Shown: piece after piece, positions 63,224 through 64,000 of the stretch
How positions within the stretch are numbered: position 1 is the first letter of the stretch
How the letters are laid out: every line of letters begins with the position of its first letter
NCBI GenBank assembly: GCA_050949165.1
Contig: JBMNFF010000003.1
Coordinates: 235,081-299,080, forward strand
Length of the DNA stretch: 64,000 nt
From: Bacillota bacterium
GTDB taxonomy: Bacteria; Bacillota; Proteinivoracia; UBA4975
Direction: 5' to 3'
Notes under the pieces: generated by a model
Databases searched by the model: none
What the model was told of the DNA's origin: nothing
What the model saw: the letters and a program-made list of their open reading frames with translations, nothing else
Position numbers and translations under genes: made by a program

Positions 63224-63802
63224 GTGCTCTCCGACAGGCTGACCTTCCTGAAACAGCTGCCCCGGGGCCCCGCTTTGCGCAAGATTTTTTCGGTGCTCCT
63301 CTGGGTCCTGGCGGCCCTGACGATCTTTGCCGGCCTCTATTTCATCATCGACATGTTCATGGCCCTGTCCCAGGCCGAACACCCGGCGGCGGTGCTGGGA
63401 ACCATCATCGCCGCCCTCGCTACGGCGGTAGGGACGGCCCTGATTGTCCTCACCATCCTCCACCACCTGCCCGACCTCCGGGGCACATCCCCCCCAGACT
63501 ACCCGGTGATCCACCTGGTCGCCCTGCTCCTGCGCCTGCTGGGGGAGGGCCTGGCGGCGTTTCACCTTGCAGCGGGGCTGGCTACCGGCATCGCCTTCTG
63601 GTTTGGCAGCCGTCCTAGCTTGCCCTACTTCCAGAGCCTGATGTGGAGGATCCTCGGTTTCGCCGCCTTCCCGCCCTTCATCTCCGGTCTGATCGCCATC
63701 CTCGCCAGCGTCTTCCAGGCCGCCCTGTCGCTGCTGGCCTGTTACCTGGCGGCAGAATTGCTCCTGCTGCTCCGGGAACTGCCCCTGAAAACCAAAAGGT
63801 AG
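63224..63802 (+). CDS. Polytopic membrane protein, function unknown
   Basis: Four or five TM helices. The GTG at 63224 lies 8 nt after AGGAG. Confidence 0.5.
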   Translation: MLSDRLTFLKQLPRGPALRKIFSVLLWVLAALTIFAGLYFIIDMFMALSQAEHPAAVLGTIIAALATAVGTALIVLTILHHLPDLRGTSPPDYPVIHLVALLLRLLGEGLAAFHLAAGLATGIAFWFGSRPSLPYFQSLMWRILGFAAFPPFISGLIAILASVFQAALSLLACYLAAELLLLLRELPLKTKR

Positions 63803-63879
63803 AATTGCGGTTCCACCTACAGTTTTTTCCATGAATCCGCGCATTAGTTAATAGGAAACCAACTATTGGAGGTGGAACG

Positions 63880-64000
63880 GTGAAAATCTCTCAAATAGAA
63901 CCTTTTGTGGAATCCTTATCCCAAGGTCCTCAGCTCCGCAAAATCCTGGCCTTGGTCTTAAGGGTGCTGGCAGTGCTTGCAGGGTGCACAGGCCTCTTCT
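63880..64000 (+). CDS. Paralog of the preceding membrane protein, 3' end outside the window
   Basis: GTG after GGAGGTGG. The N-terminus (SLSQGPQLRKILALVLRVLAVLAG) parallels LKQLPRGPALRKIFSVLLWVLAALT of the upstream gene. Confidence 0.4.
   Translation, partial: MKISQIEPFVESLSQGPQLRKILALVLRVLAVLAGCTGLF

Overview
The backbone is GC-rich and looks like an endospore-forming Bacillota chromosome. It carries a SpoIID/LytB-domain protein, SigI/RsgI, MurB, AcpS, Nnr and similar housekeeping genes. I recognised no rRNA, tRNA or CRISPR array.

The main feature is a visibly AT-richer accessory island of about 19 kb (about 15.65-34.94 kb). It encodes a same-strand catabolic cluster:
- a PucR-family regulator
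- a Zn-alcohol dehydrogenase
- a YkoEDC-type ECF transporter
- FdrA, a DUF1116 protein and a DUF2877 protein
- carbamate kinase
- a cyclic amidohydrolase and an M42 peptidase-family hydrolase
- a 4Fe-4S fusion protein and an uncharacterised Cys-motif protein

I read this cluster as an ATP-yielding ureide or N-heterocycle fermentation module. It parallels anaerobic allantoin catabolism, but several steps appear to use non-orthologous enzymes.

Mobile DNA has recently remodelled the island:
- Two near-identical 1263-bp IS3-family copies, each with a 3-bp target-site duplication. One is nested inside an IS256-family transposase gene.
- A 155-bp MITE whose ends match an IS1182-family element.
- Two inverted 1864-bp IS1182 copies (4151-6014 and 34941-36804) bracketing about 29 kb.

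Outside the island, the most interesting locus is a WYL-domain regulator divergent from two tandem paralogous genes of unknown function (DUF4438-like) and an APH-family kinase. A roughly 35-nt palindromic repeat family punctuates that locus.

Other content:
- an MBOAT/DHHW O-acylation pair
- an ArsR/P1B-ATPase metal efflux unit and a CDF transporter
- a heterodimeric ABC exporter
- GntR and SulP genes
- a GlpA-like three-gene flavoprotein cluster
- an AcuB-like pseudogene at the island border
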